DNA of 64,000 bases, taken from the NCBI GenBank assembly GCA_963695545.1, contig OY968796.1:2144001-2208000 (forward strand), given 5' to 3'. Within the stretch, counting starts at the first letter, position 1. Each line of letters starts with the position of its first letter. Made by a program: the position numbers and the translations under genes. Positions 50,095 through 60,313 of the stretch are shown one piece after another. This stretch comes from Terriglobia bacterium. GTDB taxonomy: Bacteria; Acidobacteriota; Terriglobia; Acidiferrales; UBA7541. The notes under the pieces are model-generated. The model had not been told where the DNA came from, made no database searches, and was given only the letters and a program-made list of their open reading frames with translations.

Positions 50095-52962
50095 ATGCCC
50101 AAGACATCGGACCTCAAGAGCACGCTCAACCTGCCGCGCACGGCCTTCCCCATGAAGGCCAATCTTCCCCAGAACGAGCCGAAGCAATTGGCCGAGTGGG
50201 AGGCCGCGGGTCTCTACCACCGCATCCAGAAGGCGCGCGCGGGGGCACCCAGCTACGTGCTGCACGACGGGCCGCCCTACCCGACCGGCACAATACACCT
50301 GGGCACGGCTCTGAACAAGATTTTGAAGGACATGGTTGTGAAATCGAAAACCATGGCTGGTTTTCGTTCGCCATTCGTGCCGGGGTGGGATTGCCACGGA
50401 TTGCCGATCGAAACGCAGGTGGAAAAAGAACTGGGCCGCAAGGGCGCGGTGAGCCCGGCTGAGTTCCGCGAGAAGTGCCGCGAGTTCGCATTGAAATACG
50501 TCGACCAGCACCGCCGGGATTTCAAGCGGCTGGGCGTTTTCGGGCAGTGGGAAAAGCCGTATTTGACGATGAACCCGGAGTATGAGGCGTGCGTGGCGGA
50601 CGCGTTTCTGACTTTTTTGGAAAAGGGATATGCGTATCGGGGTTTGAAGCCGGTCTATTGGTGCATTCACGATCAGACGGCTCTCGCCGAAGCGGAAGTC
50701 GAATACGAAGATCACGCGAGCCCTTCGATCTGGGTGCGCTACAAAGTTTTGGAATCGCGCGTGCCTCAGGTCGGCGGCTCTGGCGCTTTGTACGCGCTGG
50801 TTTGGACCACGACGCCGTGGACGTTGCCGTCCAGCATGGCGCTCGCGTTCCATCCGGATTTTTCTTACGTCGTCGCGCGCGATCCGAAAACGGGCGATGC
50901 TTATCTGCTGGCGCTCGATTTATTGTCGAGCGCGTCGCGAGAAACCGGTCTTGAGCTCGAACCCGTAGGCGAAGCGTTTTACGGAAACCTTCTCGAGGGC
51001 GCGAAATTCCAGCATCCGTTTCTCGATCGCGTGATTCCGGGCGTTCTCGGCAAGCACGTCACGCTTGAACAAGGCAGTGGCATCGTGCACACCGCGCCGG
51101 GACATGGCGCGGAAGATTTTGTCGTCGGCCAGGAGTATGGCCTCGAAACTTATGCTCCGCTCGATAACGCCGGGCGATTCACAGAGGGTTTGCCGGAATA
51201 CAAAGGGAAGTCGGTCTTCGAGGCCAATCCGCTGATCATCGATCTGCTCGAGCGACGCGGCGCGCTGGTCTACCAAACGAAATTGTCGCATAGCTATCCG
51301 CATTGCTGGCGCTGCCACAATCCGGTGATTTTCCGCGCGACCGAACAATGGTTTTTTCGCTTGGATGCGGCGAGCAAAACTCCGGGCGCTGCGCCTGGCA
51401 CTTTGCGCGAGCGCGCGCTGGCCGAAATTCCGCGCATCACCTGGACGCCCGCGTGGGGCAATGAGCGTATGCGGCAGATGGTGGCCGAGCGGCCCGATTG
51501 GTGCGTCTCGCGCCAGCGCTTTTGGGGCGTGCCGATTGTTGTTTTCTACTGCGCGGCATGCAACAAGCGCCTTGAGGATGTGAAGGTGCTGCGCAGCGTC
51601 ATCGAATGGTTCAAGCGCGAAGGCGCCGACGCGTGGTTTTCGCATTCGGCCGAAGAACTTCTGCCGGCGGGAACGCGCTGCTCGTGCGGCGGCGCGAAGT
51701 GGCGCAAGGAAAACGACATTCTCGATGTTTGGTTCGATTCCGGCTGCTCAAATCTCACTGTGTTGGGATCGGCCGAGTTGCCGTGGCCCGCGGATTTGTA
51801 TCTCGAAGGGCCGGATCAATTCCGCGGGTGGTTTCACAGTTCGCTGCTGGTTGCGGAAGGCGTGCGCGAGGCGTCTCCGTACAAGAACGTGCTTACTTAC
51901 GGATGGGCGCTCGACGAAAAGGGGCGGCCGATGTCGAAGTCGCTCGGCAACGTCGTGCTGCCGAGTGAGGTCAGCGAGAAGTGGGGCGCGGATCTGCTGC
52001 GCCTGTGGGTGGCTGCGCATGACTACACGGCCGACATCTGGATGTCCGAAAACGGAATGCAGCAGCTCGCGGAATCGTACCGGAAAATCCGCAACACGTT
52101 TCGCTTCGTCCTCGGAAATCTCTCCGATTTCGATCCGGGCCGCGACGCGCTGCCCGACGCGCAGCTCGAAGAATTTGACCGCTACATGCTGGCGCGCACG
52201 GCCGATCTGGTCGAGCGCTGCCGCGCGTGGTACGAATCGTTCGAGTTTCATCGCGTGTTTCACGCCGTGTACGATTTCGCGGCGGTCGATTTGAGCGCGT
52301 TCTATTTCGACATTTTGAAGGATCGGCTTTACACCTTCGCGCCGCGCAATCGCGCACGGCGCTCGGCGCAGACCGCTGTCTATCGCATTGCGAGCGCGCT
52401 TTTGCGCTTAATCGCGCCACTCTTGGTTTTCACAGCAGAGGAAATTTGGCGGGAATTCCCGCGCGGCGCCGACGCCAGCGACCGGGAGAGCGTTCACCTC
52501 GCGCTTTTCCCGTCGCCCGGCGAGTTGGGCGCGCCACTCGATCAGGCCGCGCGGGCCAACTGGGATCGCCTGCTCGAAGTGCGCACCGAAGTGCTGCGCG
52601 CGCTTGAAGCCGCGCGCAATGCAAAAACGATCTCGTCGGGCCTTGAGGCCAAAGTGATTATCGAGGCCGGTCCAGATTTGGAGCGCTTGCTCACGAAGTA
52701 CGCCGGATCGTTGCCGGCACTTTTTCTGGTTTCGCAGGTGGAATCGAAAAAGTCGCAGCTTGCAATCCCGGTCGACATCCCCGTGCATGTCGAGCGAGCC
52801 GAAGGCGCGAAGTGTGAGCGCTGCTGGAATTATTCGATTCACGTCGGCGAAAACGCCGCATATCCCACCATTTGCGAACGCTGCACCGCGGCGCTTGCCG
52901 AAATCGAGCGCGATCCCGCGCGCGGCACTGATGGCGCGGCGCCCGGAGCCGCGTCCAAATGA
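50095..52962 (+). CDS. ileS: Isoleucine--tRNA ligase
   Basis: LHDGPPY, HLGT (HIGH-like), WTTTPWT, PMSKS (KMSKS-like), C-terminal CERCW..CERC zinc finger. Confidence 0.97.
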   Translation: MPKTSDLKSTLNLPRTAFPMKANLPQNEPKQLAEWEAAGLYHRIQKARAGAPSYVLHDGPPYPTGTIHLGTALNKILKDMVVKSKTMAGFRSPFVPGWDCHGLPIETQVEKELGRKGAVSPAEFREKCREFALKYVDQHRRDFKRLGVFGQWEKPYLTMNPEYEACVADAFLTFLEKGYAYRGLKPVYWCIHDQTALAEAEVEYEDHASPSIWVRYKVLESRVPQVGGSGALYALVWTTTPWTLPSSMALAFHPDFSYVVARDPKTGDAYLLALDLLSSASRETGLELEPVGEAFYGNLLEGAKFQHPFLDRVIPGVLGKHVTLEQGSGIVHTAPGHGAEDFVVGQEYGLETYAPLDNAGRFTEGLPEYKGKSVFEANPLIIDLLERRGALVYQTKLSHSYPHCWRCHNPVIFRATEQWFFRLDAASKTPGAAPGTLRERALAEIPRITWTPAWGNERMRQMVAERPDWCVSRQRFWGVPIVVFYCAACNKRLEDVKVLRSVIEWFKREGADAWFSHSAEELLPAGTRCSCGGAKWRKENDILDVWFDSGCSNLTVLGSAELPWPADLYLEGPDQFRGWFHSSLLVAEGVREASPYKNVLTYGWALDEKGRPMSKSLGNVVLPSEVSEKWGADLLRLWVAAHDYTADIWMSENGMQQLAESYRKIRNTFRFVLGNLSDFDPGRDALPDAQLEEFDRYMLARTADLVERCRAWYESFEFHRVFHAVYDFAAVDLSAFYFDILKDRLYTFAPRNRARRSAQTAVYRIASALLRLIAPLLVFTAEEIWREFPRGADASDRESVHLALFPSPGELGAPLDQAARANWDRLLEVRTEVLRALEAARNAKTISSGLEAKVIIEAGPDLERLLTKYAGSLPALFLVSQVESKKSQLAIPVDIPVHVERAEGAKCERCWNYSIHVGENAAYPTICERCTAALAEIERDPARGTDGAAPGAASK

Positions 52963-53462
52963 GCGAAGCGCGGAGCGGCGCGCGCTGGCTGTGGCTTTCG
53001 GCCGCGACCCTGGCAGCCGACCGCGCGACGAAATATCTGATTGAAGCGCGCACCACCGATTCGTTTCGCTTGGTGATCGTGCCGCAAGGCGTCACGCTCG
53101 TGCACAGCCAAAATCCCGGCATCGCTTTCGGCGTGTTATCGGATTCGCCTTCGCGCTGGCTCGAAATCGCGCTGGTTGCGGGGGCCGCGGCCGTGCTCGC
53201 GCTGCTGGTCTGGCTTTTGGTTTCGGGGCGCGCCGGCGGAGGACTCGCTCGGGCGGGGGTGGCGCTGATGATCGGTGGCGCAGCGGGCAACGTACTCGAT
53301 CGCTTGTTGCACGGAGTCGTCACCGATTTCGTTGAGGTGCGCCTGGGCCATTACATTTGGCCCGCGTTTAATGTTGCCGATTCGGCGCTCACGGTCGGTG
53401 CTGCGCTCATTTTGATCGAGTTGCTTTTCTCCGGACGCGAGCCGCGGCGCGCGCGCGCCTGA
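52959..53462 (+). CDS. lspA: Lipoprotein signal peptidase II
   Basis: D..TK, NPGIAFG, GAAGNVLDR, VTDF, FNVAD; overlaps the ileS stop. Confidence 0.95.
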   Translation: MSEARSGARWLWLSAATLAADRATKYLIEARTTDSFRLVIVPQGVTLVHSQNPGIAFGVLSDSPSRWLEIALVAGAAAVLALLVWLLVSGRAGGGLARAGVALMIGGAAGNVLDRLLHGVVTDFVEVRLGHYIWPAFNVADSALTVGAALILIELLFSGREPRRARA

Positions 53463-53464
53463 CC

Positions 53465-54520
53465 GTGAAAGTTCGTGGTCATCGCGGTCAGCGTGCCGCG
53501 CAGCTAGCGCCGCCCGATAAGCCGAGCGCCGAGACTGATTCCCGCACATTCACCGTGGGCGCAAGCGACGCGGGACAGCGCCTCGACGTCTACCTCGCCG
53601 CGCAACTTCCCGAACTGAGCCGCACGCGCGTTCAGGAATTAATTCGCGAAGGGCGCGTGCGCGTCGCGCATCGCGCGGCACGCGCTTCGCATCGCGTGGA
53701 CGCCGGCGAAGAAATTGAAATCGAAATTTTGCAGCGCCCCGCGCTGACGGCCGAGGCCGAAGACATTCCGCTCGACATTCTCTACCAGGACGACGACGTC
53801 GTCGTAGTGAACAAAGCGGCAGGAATGGTGGTGCACGCCGGCGCGGGACACGCGCGGGGCACGCTGGTGAACGCGTTGCTGCATCGCCTCTCCGGCTTGC
53901 CCGGCGGACCGCTGCGGCCGGGCATCGTGCATCGCCTGGATCGCGGCACGTCGGGCGTGCTGATTGTCGCGCGAACCGATGCGGCGCATCGACGGCTCGG
54001 CGAACAATTTCGTGCGCGCACGGTGCGAAAAACTTATTTGGCGTTGCTCGAAGGCGTGCTTAAGCCCGAGAGCGGCTCAATCCAACTACCGATTGCGCGC
54101 GACAAACGGCGGCGTGTGCGCATGACGGCGCGCGCCGGAGCCGGACGCGAGGCGCGCACTGATTGGCGCGTGCTGTGGCGCGGATCGCGATATACGCTGG
54201 TAGAAATCGAGCTGCACACCGGGCGCACGCACCAGATTCGCGCGCACTTTGCGGCGCTGGGCCGGCCCGTCGTGGGAGACACATTGTATGGCGCGGCCGC
54301 GCGGCCGCGCGCCGGCAGCCAAAATCTCGAGCCGCTCGGGCGGCCATTTCTTCACGCCGCGCGCATCGGTTTCGCTCACCCTACAAGCGGCAAGTCGATG
54401 GAATTTCGAGCGCCGCTGCCGGCGGAGTTAAGAAAATACGTCGCGCGCGTCGCGGCCGCGGAAACCGGCGGCGCGAAAGCCGCGGCGGTGATTGACGCTG
54501 CTCTCCTCGCGTTCCTATAA
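53465..54520 (+). CDS. rluD: RluA-family pseudouridine synthase with S4 domain
   Basis: RLDVYL S4 domain, NKAAGMVVH, HRLDRGTSG, TGRTHQIR, GDTLYG. Confidence 0.92.
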   Translation: MKVRGHRGQRAAQLAPPDKPSAETDSRTFTVGASDAGQRLDVYLAAQLPELSRTRVQELIREGRVRVAHRAARASHRVDAGEEIEIEILQRPALTAEAEDIPLDILYQDDDVVVVNKAAGMVVHAGAGHARGTLVNALLHRLSGLPGGPLRPGIVHRLDRGTSGVLIVARTDAAHRRLGEQFRARTVRKTYLALLEGVLKPESGSIQLPIARDKRRRVRMTARAGAGREARTDWRVLWRGSRYTLVEIELHTGRTHQIRAHFAALGRPVVGDTLYGAAARPRAGSQNLEPLGRPFLHAARIGFAHPTSGKSMEFRAPLPAELRKYVARVAAAETGGAKAAAVIDAALLAFL

Positions 54521-54541
54521 TCGCTTCGTCGAATTGGAGCC

Positions 54542-55615
54542 ATGTCGCTTTCGCGCATCGTCGGGGCGGTAATTTTTCTGGGCGCGCTCGGTCTCGCTTT
54601 GCAATGCGAGCCGTCATTCGCAGCCCGGCAATCGCCAGCGCCGGCCACGCCTGCTCCGGCTCAAACCAACCCCCCGGCTCCGGCGCAGCAATCCGCGGCG
54701 CCGCAAGCCAAGATCAGCACGACCACAAACCTGGTGGACGTGCAATTTGCCGTGGTGAATAAGCGGCAGAAGTTCGTCACCGATTTGCAGAAAGAAAATT
54801 TTCGCGTGCTCGATGACGGCGCCGCGCAGTCCATCGAATCGTTCAGCCGCCAGACCGACCTTCCGCTGCGCATCGGCCTATTGCTTGACACCTCGAACAG
54901 CATCCGAGAGCGCCTGAGCTTCGAGCAAGACGCCGCATTCGATTTCTTGTACAACGTGATCCGCCGCGGCCGCGATCAGGCTTTCTTGATGACCTTCGAC
55001 GATCAGCCCGAAGTGATCCAGGGTTACACCGACGACCTCGACACGCTGCACAGCGCCATTGATCGGCAGCGCGCCGGCGGCGGCACGGCGCTTTACGACG
55101 CGATCTATCAGGCCTGCGCCACGGAGATGATGCATCCGCCGCCGCCCCCCGGCTCGACCCAGGAATTCCGGCGCGTGCTGGTGGTGATCAGCGACGGCGA
55201 CGATAACCTGAGCCAAAAATCGCGCAGCGAGGCGCTCGAGATGGCGCAGCGCGTAGGTGTGGTGATCTATACCATCAGCACGAGCACGGAATGGATAAAG
55301 CCCGACGACGAAGTAAACGCCGATGACAGCGCCGAGCGGAAATATCACAAGGAAGGCGGCGACCTGGTGCTTCAGGGCATGGCCGATTCAACCGGAGGGC
55401 GAGCCTTCTTTCCCTACAAAGTAGACGACCTCAATCAATCTTTTCTGGATATCGGCGACGAACTGCGCAGCCAGTATTCACTGTCCTACGCGCCACTGGG
55501 CCGCCTGGTTGATGGGAAATTCCACACCATCAAAATTATCGTGGATCAAAAAGATTTGATCGTTCGGGCGCGCGCCGGATACTACGCCGCCCCGCCAACC
55601 TTTCAGGAACCGTAG
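54542..55615 (+). CDS. Acidobacterial VWA-domain protein
   Basis: Signal peptide; MIDAS DTSNS; GGTALYDAI; ISDGDD; ELRSQYSL.Y; RAGYY. Confidence 0.88.
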   Translation: MSLSRIVGAVIFLGALGLALQCEPSFAARQSPAPATPAPAQTNPPAPAQQSAAPQAKISTTTNLVDVQFAVVNKRQKFVTDLQKENFRVLDDGAAQSIESFSRQTDLPLRIGLLLDTSNSIRERLSFEQDAAFDFLYNVIRRGRDQAFLMTFDDQPEVIQGYTDDLDTLHSAIDRQRAGGGTALYDAIYQACATEMMHPPPPPGSTQEFRRVLVVISDGDDNLSQKSRSEALEMAQRVGVVIYTISTSTEWIKPDDEVNADDSAERKYHKEGGDLVLQGMADSTGGRAFFPYKVDDLNQSFLDIGDELRSQYSLSYAPLGRLVDGKFHTIKIIVDQKDLIVRARAGYYAAPPTFQEP

Positions 55616-55651
55616 CGTTCCGCGCGGATCATTTTACCCAGCAAATCGAAA

Positions 55652-56638
55652 TCAATCCTGCGGCGCGTAATAGCCTTTGCGCGTGAGCGCGTCCATGTCC
55701 TTCTGTTGGATTTCCACTTTGATTTTGCGATAGGAGCCGTCACGCTTTGCATTGGTGGGATAGTAGCCGATGGTGTACTGGCTGCGCAGTTCTTCGGAGA
55801 TTTGATCGAACGCATCCTGAATATTTTTGGCGCCACGCACGGGAATGGTGCGGCCGCCGGTCTCGTCCGTGATTCTCTTGGCCACGTCGTAGCCGGGCGG
55901 TCCGTACATCGGATCGTAAACCAACAGGATGTGCACGACGGTGTCGGTGCGCTGCGCGGATTCGATGGCGTCCTGCACGCTGACTTTGCTGCCGGTGTCG
56001 TTGGCGTCGGTGATCGCGATGACCGCCTTGCGCCCGGCTTCATCGGACAATTTATCGTGGCAGGCCAGATAAATGGCGTCGTAAAAATCTGTGCCGCCGT
56101 TCGAGCTTGCCGGAAACGGCCCGGTCACGACGGACGGCACGGATGGCGCATTGATCTGCACGCGGCTGATGGCGCGGTCCAGGACATCCTGATCGTCGGT
56201 GAAGTCGGCGACCAGGTCGATGTCCAGATCGAAGTTCGCGACCATCGCCAGGTCGTCCTTGCGCATCACGCGCCGCAGGAATTGCTCGCCGGCATCCTGG
56301 ATGGCCGGGAGCATTTCCGATTCGCTGCCGGAGGTGTCCAGAAGAATGGCGAGGGTGATGGGCAAATCCGATTCTTTTGAGAAGAACGCAATTTGTTGTT
56401 CCTGTCCGTCTTCGTAGACCTTGAAATCGCTTTGGACCAGGTCGGTGATGATTTGCTTTTGCTTGTTCCGCACGGTGACGAATAGGCTGACGAGGCTGAC
56501 GTTCGAGACGATCGGGCCCTGGCTGTTTTGCGGGTTGATCACCTGTGCTGCAGCGAGAGCGGGTCGCGGCACGCGCGCGAGGCCGGCGGCGACGAGGCAG
56601 AACGAAAAAACAAAACCAACGATGCGAAGGCGCTTCAT
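55652..56638 (-). CDS. Acidobacterial VWA-domain protein
   Basis: Signal peptide; DTSGS; GGTDFYDAI; ITD; ELRSQYTIGY; RKGYY. Confidence 0.88.
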   Translation of the reverse strand: MKRLRIVGFVFSFCLVAAGLARVPRPALAAAQVINPQNSQGPIVSNVSLVSLFVTVRNKQKQIITDLVQSDFKVYEDGQEQQIAFFSKESDLPITLAILLDTSGSESEMLPAIQDAGEQFLRRVMRKDDLAMVANFDLDIDLVADFTDDQDVLDRAISRVQINAPSVPSVVTGPFPASSNGGTDFYDAIYLACHDKLSDEAGRKAVIAITDANDTGSKVSVQDAIESAQRTDTVVHILLVYDPMYGPPGYDVAKRITDETGGRTIPVRGAKNIQDAFDQISEELRSQYTIGYYPTNAKRDGSYRKIKVEIQQKDMDALTRKGYYAPQD

Positions 56639-56898
56639 AGAATCCTCAGACGGCTATCGGGAGTAACTGCACGCCACGGTTGGATGCACCGGGCGCGCTC
56701 GAAGATGTGCGCGCCCCGCGATCAGGCGTCATCGTGGAACGAAAGCCGCAATTTGTCCATGAAAAATCGCGGAGTGCGCGCCGATTGGACGCCGCGCGGC
56801 GAAAACGAACGCGACGCGAGCGTCGATGGCAACGAGCGCAGGGAATTTCTTCAGAATTTCTTCTTGACACCGAAGGCGTCGCGCCGTAAAACCAACCG

Positions 56899-57101
56899 TG
56901 GGCGCGGAGCAATTGGAAATTTTCTGCCGCGCGCGAGAACATACCAGGGGAGAAGTTTCAAACCGAAGTCCAACAGGGAATGCGCGCAAACACTGGCACC
57001 GAACGACGGCTCGCGTAAGCCCCAGCCAGGCGAGCCCGGCGAAAAAGTAATCATGCAAGAGGAAATGCAGGCAATTGAGGGGCGCTCCGGCGCCCCTTTT
57101 G
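56899..57101 (+). ncRNA. Candidate ~200-nt small RNA
   Basis: TTGACA-17-TAAAAC promoter (56864-56892); terminal hairpin aggggcgc-tccg-gcgcccct plus T-run; no credible + strand ORF. Confidence 0.4.
57078..57101 (+). terminator. Rho-independent terminator-like hairpin
   Basis: 8-bp GC stem, 4-nt loop, T-tract on the + strand only. Confidence 0.55.
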
Positions 57102-57148
57102 CTTTCCGGTGCGGATTACGGAGAGCGCGGGAAGAATTTGAGAGCGCG

Positions 57149-60100
57149 TCACGATTCTTCGAGCGCGGCCTTGGCGCCGCGATCGTGCGCGGGGCAGATC
57201 AGGCGAAACTCGCAGGCCTTGCAGGAATAGCCGACCTTGGGAGGAAACTGGCCTGCGCGAATTTCCGCGGCGACTTCCTGCACGCCGTCTTCAGCGCGGC
57301 CAAGTTGTTTCGCGTCGCGCGTCGCGGCGACCGATTGATTGTTCTGCATGTTGTGAAACACTAGGCGCGCGACTTGCTCGCCGAAGACTTCACGTGCGGC
57401 GAGCGCGTAGACGCTCAGTTGCAAATCTTTTTTTGCCTGCGCTTCGGTTCTCGGCTTACCCGTTTTGTAATCGACGATTTCGACGAGTTTTTCGGCTGAC
57501 GCTCCGATGCGATTCACCTGATCCATGCGGCCGGTCAGCACGATGTGATTGGCAAGCGGTAGCGTGAACGCGCGCTCCTGCGCGAGAACTTCGGGTGGGG
57601 CTTCGATGGTCGTGGCGTAAAACGCGCGCAACTGTTCGAGGCCGTCTTTCTTGTATTCCTGCTCCTGATAATCGTCTTCGTATCCTGCTTTGCTCCATTC
57701 GCGCTCGTAGATCGCGGCAACCTCATCGAAGGGCAGCCGGCGGCCTTTGCGCAAATGCCCTACGAACTCGCGGATCGTCGTGTGCATCACGTTGCCGAAG
57801 CTCAGCGCCGCGCGCGGTCCGGTGCGGATTCGCCAGAGCTGCGAGAAAAGATATTTCTGCGGGCAGGATTCAAACGTGTCGATGGCGGAAGCGCTCAGGG
57901 CCAGCGGGTCGGCAAGCGGCGGACGATACACCTCGGCCCATTGCGCAATGCGCGAGCCCACGCGCGAGTGCGCACGCTCTTGCTCGAATAATTCCGCGGC
58001 TCGCGATTCGTCCGGGGCCGCGGCGGCGGGCGCTTCCTCCGCGCGCGGCGGCGCGAGCTGCTGCAAATCGGCGCGCTGGACGGCGGGCGCCATCAGGATA
58101 TCGTCCAGAAATGGAGACGGCTTTGAGCGCTTCGCCGAAACCGTCGTCAACGTCAGCTGATCCCGCGCGCGCGTGAGCGCCACGTAGAACAACCGGCGCT
58201 CTTCCTGGATGTGGAAATCGCCGCTGGGCAATTGCTCCTTCATCAGCTCGGAGGGAAATTCGAGCACGTGCGGCTTTTCTCCCGACGGGAATCCGCGGTG
58301 CACAAGATGAATCACGAAAACGTGATCGAATTCGAGACCCTTCGCGGCATGCACGGTCATCAATTGCACGACGTCGCCGTGTTCTTCTTCGAGATTGATT
58401 TGCCCGTTGGCCTGCTCGAAGTAATCGAGATATTCGGCAAGCTCCTTGAGGCGCCGCGTTTCGCTTTTCGGTTGCCACTCGAGGATGAATTGCCGCAGGC
58501 GCGCGACGTATTTACGGTCCTGGTCTGAAACGGTCACGCCGATTTCGAGGCGGCCGAGCAATTCGTCGAACCACTCGAGCGCGGGCAATTCGCGCGCGCG
58601 CTTTCGCAAGTCCGCGACCAGCGCGATCAATTCCTGCAAACCCGCGCGCCCGGCGTCGAATGCCAATTCGCCTTGCGCCGATTCGATGGTCTGCCACAGC
58701 GTTCCGCCGCGCGCTTTTGCGGCGCGCTCAGCCAGGCGCTGCAGATCCTGCGCTTCGAGTCCCCAGGCGGGTGCGGCGAGAACGCGCGCACAGGCCACGT
58801 CGTCGCCCAAATCAGATACCAGGCGAACGTAGGCCAGGATGTCGCGCACCAGGCGATGGTCCAGGATCGAAAGATTGCGAATGACGAAGGGCACTCGAGC
58901 TTGCGTGAGCGCGGCGACCAATCGCTCGCGATGCGTGTGCATGCGATAAAGCACGGCCATCGATCGCCATCGGGCGCCGGCGCGGTGCAGGCGCTCGATT
59001 TCGCCGGCGACCCAGCGCGCTTCTTCATCGGAGCTTGAGAGTGTGACGACGCGGATGCGCTGGCCTTCGGATTTTTCCGCGACGAGCGCGGTGTCCTGAA
59101 AATCTTTCGGCTGTTCGGCGGGCAGAACTAGATGGCGCTCCACTTCGTTTGCGACGCGCAAGATGCGCCGCGTCGAGCGATAATTCCGGCGCAGCGGCAT
59201 CTGCACGCTCGCGCGCTCGGCGGGGGAAGCGCCGGCGTATGCATCCAGGAAATGCGTGAAGCTGCCGAATGACGCGCCGCGGAAACGATAGATCGCTTGG
59301 CGATGATCGCCGACCACCACCAGATTGCGGCGCTCGCCACCCAAGAGATGAAGCAATTCGAGCTGCGCGATGTTCGTGTCCTGAAATTCGTCGACGAGAA
59401 TGTAGCGATAGCGTTCGCGCAGCACGGCGAGCAGCGCCGCATCGTTGCGCAGCAACGTGACGCCGCCCATCAGTTGCGTGCCAAAGGTCAAGAGACGCCG
59501 CTCGCGCAGCAGGGCATCGCTTTCGCGATAAACGCGCGCGATTTCCTGCTGACGCGCGATCTCTTCTTCGCGCAGCGCGCGCTCGTCTTCCGGCAGCGCA
59601 GCTTTTTCCTTGGCGTAGAGTGCGGCCTTCTCATCTGCATAGGCCTGATACTGTTCCGGGGAAACGAGTTCATCCTGGCAACGCGAGAAAAAATCCACGA
59701 AGTCGCCCAGGAATTGTCCCGGCTCGGCCAGGCGCCGATAGCGATCAAGACCCAGCCGAGGCAAGTTGCGGCGCAGCAGAATCCAGTGATCGACGCGGTC
59801 GAGCGTGCGCAGATCCGGATCGCGTTCCGTCAACATTTGCGCGCAAAAAGAATGGAATGTTCCGAGCACCACGCGCTCGCCCCGTTCGCCCGCGCTGGCC
59901 ACCACGCGACGCTTCATTTCCGCCGCGGCTTTTTCGGTGAACGTCAGGCCAAGGATTTCGCCGCCCTCAAGTTCGGGCTGCGATTCGAGCAGATTGCGAA
60001 TGCGCTCGGTGATCACGCGCGTTTTGCCCGTGCCCGCGCCGGCCACCACCATCAGCGGTCCTTCGCCGTGATGCACCGCCGCGCGCTGCTCGGCGTTCAA

Positions 60101-60154
60101 CCCGTCGCCCGCTTCGGTGCGCTTCGCGCCCGGCTCGTCGAATAACGTCGCCAT
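57149..60154 (-). CDS. UvrD/PcrA-type helicase fused to a C-terminal PD-(D/E)XK nuclease
   Basis: AGAGTGKT, DEFQD, TVHAAKGLEF, EERRLFYVALTRAR; then GRMDQV, VDYKTG, QLSVY and four Cys (CPQKY; CKACEFRLIC); real start MATLFDE. Confidence 0.9.
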   Translation of the reverse strand: MATLFDEPGAKRTEAGDGLNAEQRAAVHHGEGPLMVVAGAGTGKTRVITERIRNLLESQPELEGGEILGLTFTEKAAAEMKRRVVASAGERGERVVLGTFHSFCAQMLTERDPDLRTLDRVDHWILLRRNLPRLGLDRYRRLAEPGQFLGDFVDFFSRCQDELVSPEQYQAYADEKAALYAKEKAALPEDERALREEEIARQQEIARVYRESDALLRERRLLTFGTQLMGGVTLLRNDAALLAVLRERYRYILVDEFQDTNIAQLELLHLLGGERRNLVVVGDHRQAIYRFRGASFGSFTHFLDAYAGASPAERASVQMPLRRNYRSTRRILRVANEVERHLVLPAEQPKDFQDTALVAEKSEGQRIRVVTLSSSDEEARWVAGEIERLHRAGARWRSMAVLYRMHTHRERLVAALTQARVPFVIRNLSILDHRLVRDILAYVRLVSDLGDDVACARVLAAPAWGLEAQDLQRLAERAAKARGGTLWQTIESAQGELAFDAGRAGLQELIALVADLRKRARELPALEWFDELLGRLEIGVTVSDQDRKYVARLRQFILEWQPKSETRRLKELAEYLDYFEQANGQINLEEEHGDVVQLMTVHAAKGLEFDHVFVIHLVHRGFPSGEKPHVLEFPSELMKEQLPSGDFHIQEERRLFYVALTRARDQLTLTTVSAKRSKPSPFLDDILMAPAVQRADLQQLAPPRAEEAPAAAAPDESRAAELFEQERAHSRVGSRIAQWAEVYRPPLADPLALSASAIDTFESCPQKYLFSQLWRIRTGPRAALSFGNVMHTTIREFVGHLRKGRRLPFDEVAAIYEREWSKAGYEDDYQEQEYKKDGLEQLRAFYATTIEAPPEVLAQERAFTLPLANHIVLTGRMDQVNRIGASAEKLVEIVDYKTGKPRTEAQAKKDLQLSVYALAAREVFGEQVARLVFHNMQNNQSVAATRDAKQLGRAEDGVQEVAAEIRAGQFPPKVGYSCKACEFRLICPAHDRGAKAALEES

Positions 60155-60313
60155 GGCACCATCGTAGCCTATTTCGCATCGTCGGGGCTTGCGGCGGCGG
60201 CGCAGCCGGCGGGGCTGGGCAAATTGATTCTTGTTCGCGGGCGCGCCTATACTGCGGCCAGAGGATGCGAGCGCGAAGCCGCGACGCAGAATCGCTAGGG
60301 TGCGACAAAGAAT

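Noticed and set aside
56729..57058. Minus-strand ORFs 56729..57058 and 56851..57054
   Set aside because: No SD or motifs; promoter and terminator signals point to the opposite strand
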